From Lytechinus pictus (taxonomy: Eukaryota): 64,000 bases of DNA. Within the stretch, counting starts at the first letter, position 1, and each line of letters opens with the position of its first letter. Shown here one piece after another: positions 25,401-33,746 of the stretch. The DNA lies in NCBI RefSeq assembly GCF_037042905.1, contig NC_087259.1:12338001-12402000 (forward strand), given 5' to 3'. The notes beneath the pieces are model-generated. The model searched no databases. It had not been told where the DNA came from and worked only from the letters and a program-made list of their open reading frames with translations. Both the position numbers and the translations under genes were made by a program.

Positions 25401-28400
25401 GAGGAAGTGAGATGGGAGTGGAAGTGAGATGGGTGTGGGATGGGAGTGGAAGTGAGATGGGAGTGGAAGTGGCATGGGAGTAAAAGTGGGAGTAGAAGCA
25501 GAAGTAGCAGTGGAAATGGAAGTGGGAGGGAAGTGCAAGAGCAAGTGCAAGTGGGACTTGGAGTTGAATTGGAAGTAGGAGTGGAAGTGGGAGCTGGACT
25601 GGAAATGAAGTGGGAGCTGGATTGGAAGTGAAATGGGAGTGGAAGTGAGATGAAAGTGGAAGTGGGATGGGAGTGGAAGTGGGAGTAGAAGCAGAAGTGG
25701 CAGTGGAAACAGAAGTGGGAGGGAAGAGCAAGTGCCAGTGGGAGTAGGAGTGGAAGTTGAAGGAGGAGTGGAAGTAGGAGCGGAATCGGAAGTGGAAGTA
25801 GTAGTAGCAGAAGTGGAACTGGGAGTAAGCAGAGAAGCAGGAATGGAAGTGGAAGTAAGAGTGGGAATGGAAGTAGAAGTGGAAATGGGAGTGAGATTGA
25901 GAATGGGAGTGGGAATGGGGTGGGTGTAGAAGTAGGAGTGGAAGTGGGAATGGGAGAAGTAGAAATGGGAGTGGGAGTAAGATTAAGAGTAGGTGTAAGA
26001 GTAGAAATAGGAGTAAGCGTAGGAGTAGAAGTAGAAGTAGGAGTTGAAGTAAATGGCCGGTGTTTGTCCCTCCACTTTTTTATATATACCATTACTTTTG
26101 TTACTGTTCAGTACTCTGTTCACCTGACTTTTATTGTACGTCCAGTATTAAAGTAAAATCAACTGAACTTAACTGAATGCAATAGAATATTACTCTGGCC
26201 AATTTTTTTTTGAACAGGGGAAAGGTGATTGAGCCTGTTTCACACAGACATATGTACAACTATGGTAAAACTGTCAATGAAGGTTACTATACAAATCCCT
26301 GCTGAGCACTGTTACCATGTTAATTTTGCCAAAATCGCAAGGTTTTATAGTAAGCGAGCCCCTAGTTTCAGCAAGCAACATGTTACATAATCCTACCTTC
26401 CAACTCTTGACACACCAATATCAAAATGATCCTTTCCATTAGCAGCTTCCAACTCAACAGTCTTTAGGGAACTACATATGCGATCTGAAAAAAAAATATA
26501 TATATATCAATATTCAGTATTCAAAATTGCTTTAGAGGTTCTAGGGATGTTGATCCTACATAATGGGGTATGAATCACAGCCGCTAGCTTGAGCTCGACT
26601 TTCTTTTAAGGAGCCGCAATCATGCTCTGAGATACATTGCACAAGAAAAATCCGTTAGTAATAAAAAAAAATGTTGAGAAATAACATGGCAAATCTCCGC
26701 CTCTGGCAAAATGGTTTTCAGGGAGATATAGAAATGCTCTGAAACACAAAAATATAATATCAACATTTACTATTCAAACAATATTGTTGAATATCTTGGT
26801 CAGAAATAGTGCGGCTATTTCATTTGTACCAATAAAAATCATTAACATTCTGTGTACATGTATAAACAAAATGACAATGATGCTGCAGTTCTGAAGCCAA
26901 TTCATTTTTGAAATGTAGCAGACTAGATCTATTCATCTAGCAAAAAAATATGGATTTGCAACTTTTCAAAATAATCTTTCTTCTGAAAGTTTTATTTCTG
27001 TCTACACCTGCACAGATGGTTCCTTTCAGGATATATCACTAAAGTCAGAATTATTGTCTCTTAAAATCAGATAGGGCCATATACAGTGTATCTTGCATAA
27101 GACTTTCTCATTCCTCCAGTTGCCTTTGGAAAAAGGTAACTATTTACGACTCCAAACACCATTTTTTCCACCCTTTCCTTCTTTCCCTCCTAATGCAGCT
27201 TTCATTACAGTAACCAAATGTAGATTCCCTAAGATAAGAGGATTTTTAAAAATATATACCATATAGGCCTACACACTGTACAGACTGTAGCAAAACTGAT
27301 ATTTATAAGCCAAATACAGACTGTTCTTGCATGCTCAAACTTTATTCCCTCCCTTTAATCAGTGTGAATGGGTCATATGCATATTTAACCTTTAATAAGT
27401 TCCTATGATTTTGATCTACATGTATTTAAGGTCACAATGCTTTGTTTGAGATTGATTTTAATGACCAAGCAATTTGTACAATGGATTTGTGTTTCTGACA
27501 GACACTGATGAGACCAAAGTCCTTTTTGATATGAGCTATAATGAGTGATAATTTACTTTAAGCATTTACACTGTACATAAACTCTTATAATTTCCAAACA
27601 TTGCAATCAACTCATATCACTTCAGTAATCCGTTTTTTTATTCTTATTCATAATCGAGGTCATTTACAGATTAGATCACCATTTGTCAATATTTCCCTAC
27701 TGAATTACATAACTGACTCATTGTCCACTGTTGAAATTTTTTTAATTTCCATACAATATAGCACCCATCGTACCAGAAAACATCTGCACAGACATTTGTA
27801 CACACAAAATTAAATAATGTACATCACTGCAAATGATATATTTTCAGATTGCAATTCAATATTCTGGCAATTTTTTGCCAGGGTTTTTTTAATGTGCTTA
27901 AGTACTAATGGCATAATTTTGTTTGCCAGTTTTCATAAATTTGTCAGAGTTTTTTTTTTTTTTAACGGCAAAAGATTCATGCAACAGGCCCAAGGACCCC
28001 TATTTACCAGAACTGCGATTAAAAAATTATGAATTAATATTTAATGGCATTCAAATGTCTATTTTTATATAGGACCCTATTTGCAAGTACTGCTGTTTAT
28101 AAACTTGGGAAAATTAATAATTAAAAGTCATCAATACGCTGCTTCAACCCCCATTTGTCAGGACTGCCATTCGCAATTTGAGAGCAGGGCTGTCCACTAT
28201 TCCTTTCATAGGGACCCTTGTTTGCAAGGACCATTACTAATGATAAGAGAGAAGTGTAATTCATAAAGATCTGTAATTCACAATACAATAGGAGAATCAC
28301 TTTTCTTCACTTGGAAAAGTACAAATTAAGAGGGTTGCCACAGTGTATTCTCGCTGTAAAATGGGGATGTTGGTGGTTAAAATCATATAACAGATTGCCA

Positions 28401-28933
28401 CCCCCACAACCTACCCAACCCTGAACTTTTACCCTGCCTGGATTTAGCCTTTACCCGCTGGCGGATCCAGGGGGGGGCACAGCCGGCCCTTGCCCCCCCC
28501 TTCCGAGAGGCACGATTAAAATTTGTAATGTAAAAATGCTGTTAAAACAGAAGTGTGCCCCCCCCCTCCCTTTCTCCCTTTTGAAAGTGAAGACCTTTTT
28601 TAATTTTTTTTGCTTGTCAAATTTTTTCATGGACAAAATCCCTTAAATTTGTGGTTAAAACCTTTTTTTTTGCTTGTCAGATTTTTTCATAGACAAAATC
28701 CCCTTCACCTTTGGTTAAAACCCTTCTTTTTTTTTTGGGGGGGGCTTGTCAAATTTTTCCTCAGGAAAATGTCCCCCCCCCCCCTTTCAAAGAATCCTGG
28801 ATCCGCCCCTGCTTTTACCTGATGCTTCTAGAACTTGAATCTTAATATCACTTCTTTCCTTCTGTAGAAGATGAGCAGCAATGAGCCCTCCCAGACCTCC
28901 TCCAACAATGATCACATCATAAAGTTCAGCCAT
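7329..28933 (-). CDS. Flavin-containing amine oxidase (MAO/AofH-like), 11 coding exons, 462 aa, with divergent active-site motifs
   Basis: Join on minus: 28933-28819, 26484-26397, 22091-21917, 18067-17953, 17177-17020, 16407-16224, 14656-14568, 13637-13464, 12767-12681, 8251-8154, 7434-7329. All introns are GT-AG, phases match, and the 1389 nt are open. N-terminal Rossmann motif YDVIIVGGGLGGLIAA...VLEASDR; KFKGGCQRL; FWR; C-terminal IHFAGEETGTVWLGMMEAA. Confidence 0.9.
8154..8251 (-). CDS. Amine oxidase coding exon 10 (SWNRQAAGEEPVKMRAG...LARPHG)
   Basis: Acceptor TTTCTGTAG; donor TG|GTAGTT; phase 0->2. Confidence 0.8.
8826..9040 (+). mobile_element. tRNA-derived SINE
   Basis: A-box TAGCTCAGTCGG and B-box GGTTTGATTCCC, followed by a non-tRNA body (GTGCCCTTTGGTAAGGCA, GGTCCTTCGGAGGGGACC) and an AATC-type tail. 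Confidence 0.85.
9041..9638. mobile_element. Dispersed TIR element with CAACACCAACACC motifs
   Basis: Imperfect inverted ends; the right end matches window positions 1-33 (end of another copy). Confidence 0.55.
9645..10118. repeat. ~148-bp tandem repeat (3+ units) containing the 3' end and donor of amine oxidase exon 9
   Basis: Each unit carries TACTCACCTCATCT(C/G)TGTATTCAAT...CATCTCC, matching 12674-12730. Confidence 0.9.
10118..12637 (-). mobile_element. 5'-truncated L2/CR1-group LINE (end of APE endonuclease + RT), frameshifted
   Basis: ORF 11636..12616 (GHTLDLV, SDHH, PWF) and ORF 10249..11532 (LDLSAAFDTVDH, GVPQGSVLGP, YADD, LDYCNSL, LHWLP); (ATT)n 3' tail at 10118-10144. Confidence 0.92.
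12681..12767 (-). CDS. Amine oxidase coding exon 9 (SDERKTIALNTLASVLGDEARDIIEYRDE)
   Basis: TAG acceptor; donor GAG|GTGAGT; phase 0->0. Confidence 0.85.
13464..13637 (-). CDS. Amine oxidase coding exon 8 (SFWRNQKMAGE...FDHTSANGNPALMG)
   Basis: Lies in ORF 13395..13679; donor ACT|GTAAGT; phase 0->0. Confidence 0.9.
14252..14541. mobile_element. TTAA-flanked MITE
   Basis: TTAA|CTCCTAGCCCGCT ... AGCGGACAAAGAG|TTAA, imperfect TIR. Confidence 0.55.
14568..14656 (-). CDS. Amine oxidase coding exon 7 (CKMELSPPLEVPRKLPFGDYGVHFIVTYKK)
   Basis: Polypyrimidine acceptor; donor AAG|GTAAAT; phase 1->0. Confidence 0.85.
14853..16014 (-). mobile_element. Same SINE family as 22265-22538, split by a Harbinger-type MITE
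   Basis: Shared blocks GCTGTAGCTCCAG, TTCAAGGAA, CGGGTACC and ACCTGGGTTGAGTGCAG on either side of 15026-15881. Confidence 0.75.
15026..15881. mobile_element. PIF/Harbinger-type non-autonomous DNA transposon
   Basis: TIRs AGGCCTGGTCCCACTGCC / GGCGGTGTGACCAGGCCT; TAA TSD on both sides. Confidence 0.85.
16224..16407 (-). CDS. Amine oxidase coding exon 6 (GGCQRLGERL...AKVVIMAIP)
   Basis: Lies in ORF 16192..16428; donor T|GTGAGT; phase 0->1. Confidence 0.9.
17020..17177 (-). CDS. Amine oxidase coding exon 5 (GAKDMAST...LSVLQYMCMIRSCG...LKFK)
   Basis: Overlaps ORF 16807..17166; canonical splice sites; phase 1->0. Confidence 0.88.
17953..18067 (-). CDS. Amine oxidase coding exon 4 (MDKLAEKVNF...EWEDTTMEQFIPKFLYLQ)
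   Basis: Lies in ORF 17900..18169; donor G|GTAAGG; phase 0->1. Confidence 0.85.
18406..18611. mobile_element. MITE
   Basis: GGGGTGTTTCACAAA / TTTGTGAAACACCCC TIRs. Confidence 0.7.
18736..18925. mobile_element. MITE
   Basis: ATTTCATAAAGCTGTTCGTA / TACAAACAGCTTGATGAAAT inverted ends. Confidence 0.6.
18974..19012 (-). ncRNA. Minimal type-I hammerhead ribozyme motif of the Penelope-like element
   Basis: Minus strand GCC T CCGACGA A GATTC TGCTA GGATC GAAA GCTTA GGC. Core variant CCGACGA plus GAAA, stem II GATTC/GGATC, palindromic AAGCTT at stem III, stem I GCC/GGC. Confidence 0.65.
19941..21629 (-). CDS. Penelope-like reverse transcriptase + GIY-YIG endonuclease (N-truncated, otherwise uninterrupted)
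   Basis: Motifs FYLLPKIHK, GRPI, FDVSSLYT, GTAMG, RYIDD, FLD; CTSNRCIIC linker; NVVY...QYIGET, RFYGH, REKLW, GLN. Confidence 0.92.
   Translation of the reverse strand: MQSTLNDMKEHEHLSEKAHKFLSPTNAKPARFYLLPKIHKPGNPGRPILSGNGSSTENISLFVDYHIKPLVSRAPSYIHDTPDFLRKLNDIKDQIPETAIIGTFDVSSLYTSIPHDEGIQASCEALAASGHSSPPISDIKSLMSHVLTKNNFTFMGKHYLQIFGTAMGTRMAPSFACLFMTKLEQQMLDSAPCRPWIWWRYIDDIFFIWTRDEDSLHTFIDHINSFHRTIKFTSDFSQQETHFLDVTVQKKSNGITTTLYSKPTDTHQYLHSSSCHPCHCKTGIAYSQALRLRRICSEDPDFSFHARNLQKHLCARGHGARAVQLSINKVRSLPRSEVLKPKSDKETTDRIPLVTTFHPNLPPLRKILFDNHHILHTSDRLQQAVPDTPLLAYRRPPNLRDLIVRAEVPSLTNHSSPIQHGTFKCTSNRCIICEIHLHEGDPFTSNSTSLSHQIKGNITCTTTNVVYLITCRVCRVQYIGETKTTLKKRFYGHRSTVNTAKLDTPVGRHFNLPNHSITDMMLQGIESLGTRPDSVRTSREKLWMRRLRTTQPHGLNIQEGND
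21917..22091 (-). CDS. Amine oxidase coding exon 3 (SAQPLMQALIKEFGLETYPHYDKG...YFRK)
   Basis: Lies in ORF 21890..22162; donor AAG|GTGAGA; phase 2->0. Confidence 0.9.
22265..22538 (-). mobile_element. tRNA-derived SINE with (ATT)n tail
   Basis: Minus-strand head GGGGCGTCATGGTCAAGTG...GGGTTCGGATCTC; homologous to the copy at 14853-16014. Confidence 0.8.
22890..23443. mobile_element. TTAA-specific (piggyBac-like) MITE
   Basis: TTAA|CCCTAA...TTAGGG|TTAA; related to 58153-58853 in the opposite orientation. Confidence 0.75.
24024..26050. repeat. GA-rich minisatellite, 17-bp unit GGGAGTGGAAGTGAGAT
   Basis: Near-perfect array ~24075-25470, degenerating to 6-bp GAAGT(G/A)-type units by 26050. Confidence 0.95.
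26397..26484 (-). CDS. Amine oxidase coding exon 2 (DRICSSLKTVELEAANGKDHFDIGVSRVG)
   Basis: Acceptor TTTTTCAG, donor AG|GTAGGA, phase 1->2. Confidence 0.85.
28456..28811. mobile_element. GC-rich TIR MITE (GGCGGATCCAGG ends)
   Basis: GGCGGATCCAGG / CCTGGATCCGCC inverted ends; internal TTGCTTGTCA repeats. Confidence 0.7.
28819..28933 (-). CDS. Amine oxidase coding exon 1 (MAELYDVIIVGGGLGGLIAAHLLQKERSDIKIQVLEAS)
   Basis: ATG at 28933, GxGxxG motif, donor G|GTAAAA; acceptor at 28950 upstream of the ATG. Confidence 0.9.
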
Positions 28934-29374
28934 CGTTCAAAACAAGCAACTGAAGAAAAAAAATATTAAAAGATGAAGGCTATAGATATCCATTTAATGT
29001 TATCTATATACATAATTACGTATATTAGGCCTGCACCATACACAAGATTGTACAGTACTATTTGTGCACCTATTTGCATGCAAAGAATTTTTTTCACATA
29101 TCAGATCTAGATTATCCGAATGAGTGGAACAGTCCCCAGGGGGTATAAGATACTTTTTGGATGTGGATTTGTGCCTCTGCCACTCTAAAAAACAAAGCAA
29201 TACATGTAGGCCTATCTCCTTGCTCAAAACAGGGGCTATAAAGAAGCTAAATGGCTATTTAAAGAAATACATTTTTCAGGGCCTAGGGAGTTAAAGAGCT
29301 TTGGGCAGAGCTAATTTGGAGGGTTTAAGGAGCTAAAAATTAATTGGCAAAATCTCATTGTGGATGGTCTAGAA

Positions 29375-29823
29375 CAGCGCTTCTCAAACGGTGGGCCACA
29401 AAGCTCTCTCAGGTGGACCGCAAGAAGCTCCAGAGGGAGAAAAACTACAATATATTTCACAGACTTGTCTGATCAGTCAACGTGGCCGGTCAAACAAAAC
29501 CAATGCACGTTTAGGTATCATTCATGTTGCAAAGCATGCACATGCACACTATGATGGTTTCAATCTAATTTTAATGTGAACCTCATGTGCATGCATAATG
29601 TGTATGTACATATAGTTAATTGTTGCCCATTTACCGAACATTTGCGAATGCAGATCAGTACTCAAATTGTTTGTTTCAAATGTGCTTCAGAACTTTGTGT
29701 TAAAATTTCACGAAACATTTTTGCATCAAACTGGATGTTTTCTTAAAATTCTGGTAGGTGGGCCTCAAAAAAAAATCTGAGAGTCAAAGTGGTCCTCGAG
29801 TTAGAAAAGGTTGAGAACCGCTG
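29375..29823. mobile_element. hAT (Charlie-like) MITE
   Basis: TIRs CAGCGCTTCTCAA / TTGAGAACCGCTG; perfect 8-bp TSD GTCTAGAA. Confidence 0.9.
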
Positions 29824-30466
29824 GTCTAGAAGATCCTGGTAATAAATGTCAACCTCAAAGACTCTGAACAGTAGAACCAACATAGACAGCTGGCAGCCGT
29901 CTGTTTTGAGGAGTTTTTTAACATTTTTTTTTTCATTTCTTCTCGTACACAGATGGCTTGCGATCGTGCAGCCGCCATCAGGAGATTAACAATGCAAAAT
30001 CCCCCGACAGGGCTCATCAATTTTTGTCTTTATTTCATTAAAATATATGAAAACTGGACCAAAATAAACGGAGGAAGAAAGCTCCACCCACTTCCTTGCT
30101 TCCTGCCCAACCCTCAAACCCCAACGGTCTGTTCTCATTCAACATGTCCTATCTCTAAGCCTCCCTGCTTCAGTTAGCCAAGCCTTCACCTCTGCTCATC
30201 CCCTCATCCTTGCCACTAATATCTTATTACCCTCCTCGCCACTCCTAGTACCAATGAGGTCCAAACATTAACATGTATGGACCTCATAGGCGACAATGCG
30301 TTAAAAACAGGTTAGAAGTCCTGCACCCAAGTATTTTTATGATATTAGTGATTATTACTCGAAAAATGCAAGCTTTGTCCTCATTTGTTTAGCATTTATT
30401 AAAAAATTACCCATTAACTATAATCCTACTCATACTTTAAATGTTATAAAATAAAGGGAAACTTAC

Positions 30467-30580
30467 ATTTGAGTCCTTTTTCGATCTTTTCTTGGCAGTC
30501 AGTCCGGTCCCGTCGAGTGCGATCAAAGCGGTACGAAGCTGATTTTCAGATCACGTGATACGAGTAGTCATCACCTGATC
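30467..30580 (-). promoter_or_regulatory. Probable non-coding first exon and core promoter of the amine oxidase gene
   Basis: CpG-rich patch, minus-strand donor GTAAGT at 30466, palindromic E-box ATCACGTGAT at 30550-30559. Confidence 0.55.
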
Positions 30581-30819
30581 GATCGACTATCCTTTTTTAA
30601 AGACCGCAACAATTATAAATTTTATTATAAAATATATATAGAATAAAAAATTGCATGATATTATATATATTTCTACAATTAAAAATATTTTGTGATATGA
30701 ATTTAATATTTGACGTAAAAATCGCTATTTAACAAAATATTTATTAAATATTTATTGGACACAGTGCAAAAAACCTAACAATTTGGCCGCGTTCTTAACA
30801 ACTATCGTAAGGGGCGCTC

Positions 30820-30931
30820 TATTTATAAATAAAGTTGCATATGTAGCTGTCTACCGCGACAGGAACAGCCGCAGAATTGAAGCCAGAAGCGTGGGAAATT
30901 GCCAGAAAATTCAAGAAAAGAACCGGTGAGT
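30820..30931 (+). promoter_or_regulatory. Divergent promoter and first-exon-like module
   Basis: TATAAATA at 30824-30831, then a CpG-rich ~75 nt, then donor CCG|GTGAGT at 30926; no downstream coding exons found. Confidence 0.4.
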
Positions 30932-32059
30932 ACCGATTTAACAGTAGGCCTACTAATTTATTAAGTAACATTTATTGAATCATTACAAGATTTATTTTTT
31001 AGTAAAACAAAGCTTAGTTCTAAGCTAGGGCGGCCCAAATGCGCGTGAGTGGAGTCCCAGTTTATTAGCACGGGTAAGTGACTATTGGGGTGTCGCCTAG
31101 AGTGCTCCTCGCACCTATCTGTCACTCTTACTTCTTAGTCTTGCTGCCAATGTTATGACCCACTGCCTCAGATACATTCTTAAAATTCATCATATTCGCT
31201 TAGAGAAATTACTTCAACACAACAACCAACCTGCGGATAGCCGCTGATCCTCGAATACCGGGGGAAGAGCAACAAAGAAGAAGAAGATATGTTATGTGAT
31301 AATAAAAATAAGTTCGCGGCCCGGCCACGTCACGGTCATTCTCATGCCTGTGGTTCGGCGGGCGAACGGACGTTACTTTCGACAAGTCAAGAATATTTAG
31401 TTATGTTTAATTTTGTGCATTTAAGAATTTTTCACTTTGAATAAGTTATGGCTTAAGTAATTACGGTACCTTTAATCAATTCTGAATTTACCAGCAGGAG
31501 CAGTAACCAGGTCGAAATTATTAAGTTAGCAGATCTGTCCCTGTCTGTCCCCGGTTATCAGCTGACTGTTTGCTACATGTTGTAGCTAATACCGGTATAG
31601 CGTTATATGCTCGCGCTCGCTCTCGTGTAATACCGGTACGTAAGCCTAGCCTAGGAACGAACCGGTACCTATACCGTGTATGTATCGCTCGGCCAATGAT
31701 CCGCCGCGGAGACTGGGCGATTTCGATGCGCCGCGCCCGAGAAGACGGTGGGGGGGGGGGGGGCTGATTCAGCCTCCTTATTTTTTTATTTTTGTTTCAC
31801 AATCATATTTGATTCCATCCTCATTGTACGCAACATGTATAACATGTGAAAATTATGAATAACACAAAATCATTCGTATAATTGAATAATAAAACAGTGT
31901 TAGATAAATTTTTGTTTTCATTTATCATAGAGTCTTAATTTGAGGAAGTTATACCGGTAATGAAAAAAATTACACAGACACATCCCACAAAGGAAAACAC
32001 AAACTCCGCCACGCTTACCATTCAACCCCCACCCCGATAAAGCATAAGAGATCATGCAA

Positions 32060-33600
32060 TGAAAATGAACAGAACACTTGTTCAATTTTGGACCTACTCA
32101 GTCTTTTTTTACCCTTGATGAATTTAATGAATATACAGTATGAAATATCATGTGCATTTAGTGTATTACAGTGCAATTGTAGAAGTATTTCCAAGACTTG
32201 ATAGTTATACCTTATTTCTTGATTCTATATACAATTCTCAGTAGGCCTATAATGGGCATCACAGAAACATGGCTCAAAGAGGCAGATTCTTTTTATGATA
32301 TTGAGAATCATTCATTTTTAGCTAAGGGTAGGGAATCTAAAACTAAAAGAGGTGGTGGAATTGCATTTTATATTAGAAAAGATTTGAATTTTAAATGTAG
32401 AGATGATTTAGATTTGAATAATGCATATTTTGAATCTTTATTTATTGAAATTAATAATTCTAATAAAAATAGTATTGTTGGAGTAATATATCGTCCACCA
32501 AATCAACCAGTGCAATCTTTTACTGAATCGTTTGATGAAATTTTAAATATTGTAAATAGAGAAAATAAATTATTGTATTTAATGGGCGATTTCAATTTGA
32601 TTTGAAGTCACAACTTGCCAAAAGGTTCAAGAATTTATTGATCTTTGCATGTCCTGCAACATATATCCACTTATTCATACTCCTACACGGGTAACCAATC
32701 ATTCAGCTTCATTGTTAGACAATATTTTTACCAATGATTTAGATGAAATATCTGCTGGTGTCATCCTAGGTGACATTAGCGATCACCTTCCAGTTTTTTC
32801 CATTTCAAATCTAAAGCTACAGCAAAAAAAAAACCCATCCATTTATGAAACGTACTTTCAGTATAGAAAACAAAAATCTTTTCATTCAGAAAATGAGTAA
32901 TGTATCTTGGAGTGTTAAAAGCTCCGATCCCAATGAAGAATGCAATATATTTTTACAAAAATTCTAATTAAGAATTATGTTTTCCACTGAAATGTTTTGT
33001 GAAAAGGAATTTCAAAAATAAACCATGGTTTAAGTAAATCATTGCGAAAGCTATGTAATAAAAAATGGTGTTTATATAAAAAAGATCTAAAAGAAAAAAC
33101 TCAAGAAAAATTTGCTAAGTATAAAAAAATCTGAAATATGGTAAATTATGAGATCAAAAAGGCAAAAAGGGTATATTTTAAAATGGGCGTTGTGGCGTGC
33201 ACCTGTAATCCAAGCTATGTGGGGAAGTTACAAATTGATGCAGAGGTTCGAGGTTCGAGCCCTGGTCACGTCTTTCGGATGGTGACGTTAAAGGTCGGTC
33301 CCAGACGTAAATAATCATATCTGATTGATACACGTCTGACAAAACTCAAATACACACACACACACACACAAAAGCAAATTCGAAAATGCTGCGGGTCATC
33401 AATAATGTGTTAGGGCGGAGTGTGAAAAAGACATGTATACCAAGTGCAATTCAATGTAATGATGAAACAATAAATGGGACAGATGCATGCAATGCTTTTA
33501 ATAAATATTTTGTAAATATAGGTCACTTACACTATCTACTTCCTTCACTGATTCTTGGGACTTTATGCAATATATAAATAGAAATGAATCAACAATGTTT
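32060..33600 (+). pseudogene. Decayed CR1/L2-group LINE fragment (APE endonuclease and linker)
   Basis: Motifs GITETWL, GGGIAFYI, VGVIYRPP, MGDFN, PTRVT, LLDNIF, ISDHLP, KPWF spread across frameshifts and stops; interrupted by a SINE at 33184. Confidence 0.85.
33184..33370 (+). mobile_element. SINE with 7SL-like head, B-box, Deu/Nin-like core and (CA)n tail
   Basis: Head GGGCGTTGTGGCGTGCACCTGTAATCCAAGCTA resembles the 7SL Alu domain; GGTTCGAGCCC; GTCTTTCGGATGGTGACGTTAAA; second copy at 51692-51830. Confidence 0.75.
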
Positions 33601-33746
33601 TATACTCCATATAGTCCCATTTATTCCAATATGAATTTGTTTCCACTTTCCAAGATATTTCCTTTAAAAAGGTAAGTTTCATCAGCACATTTCTCCCACA
33701 AAGTTTTAATTACATTGCATTAAAAAAATACATGTTGATATGTTTC

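Noticed and set aside
23994-26156. Long minus-strand ORFs (518, 696, 571 aa) rich in P/S/H/T
   Set aside because: All three frames are open because the 17-bp G-free repeat lacks stops; the region is intronic satellite.
33184-33230. Genuine 7SL RNA gene or human Alu contamination
   Set aside because: Only ~45 nt match. There is no S domain, Alu dimer or A-tail, and the body is shared with a second local copy.
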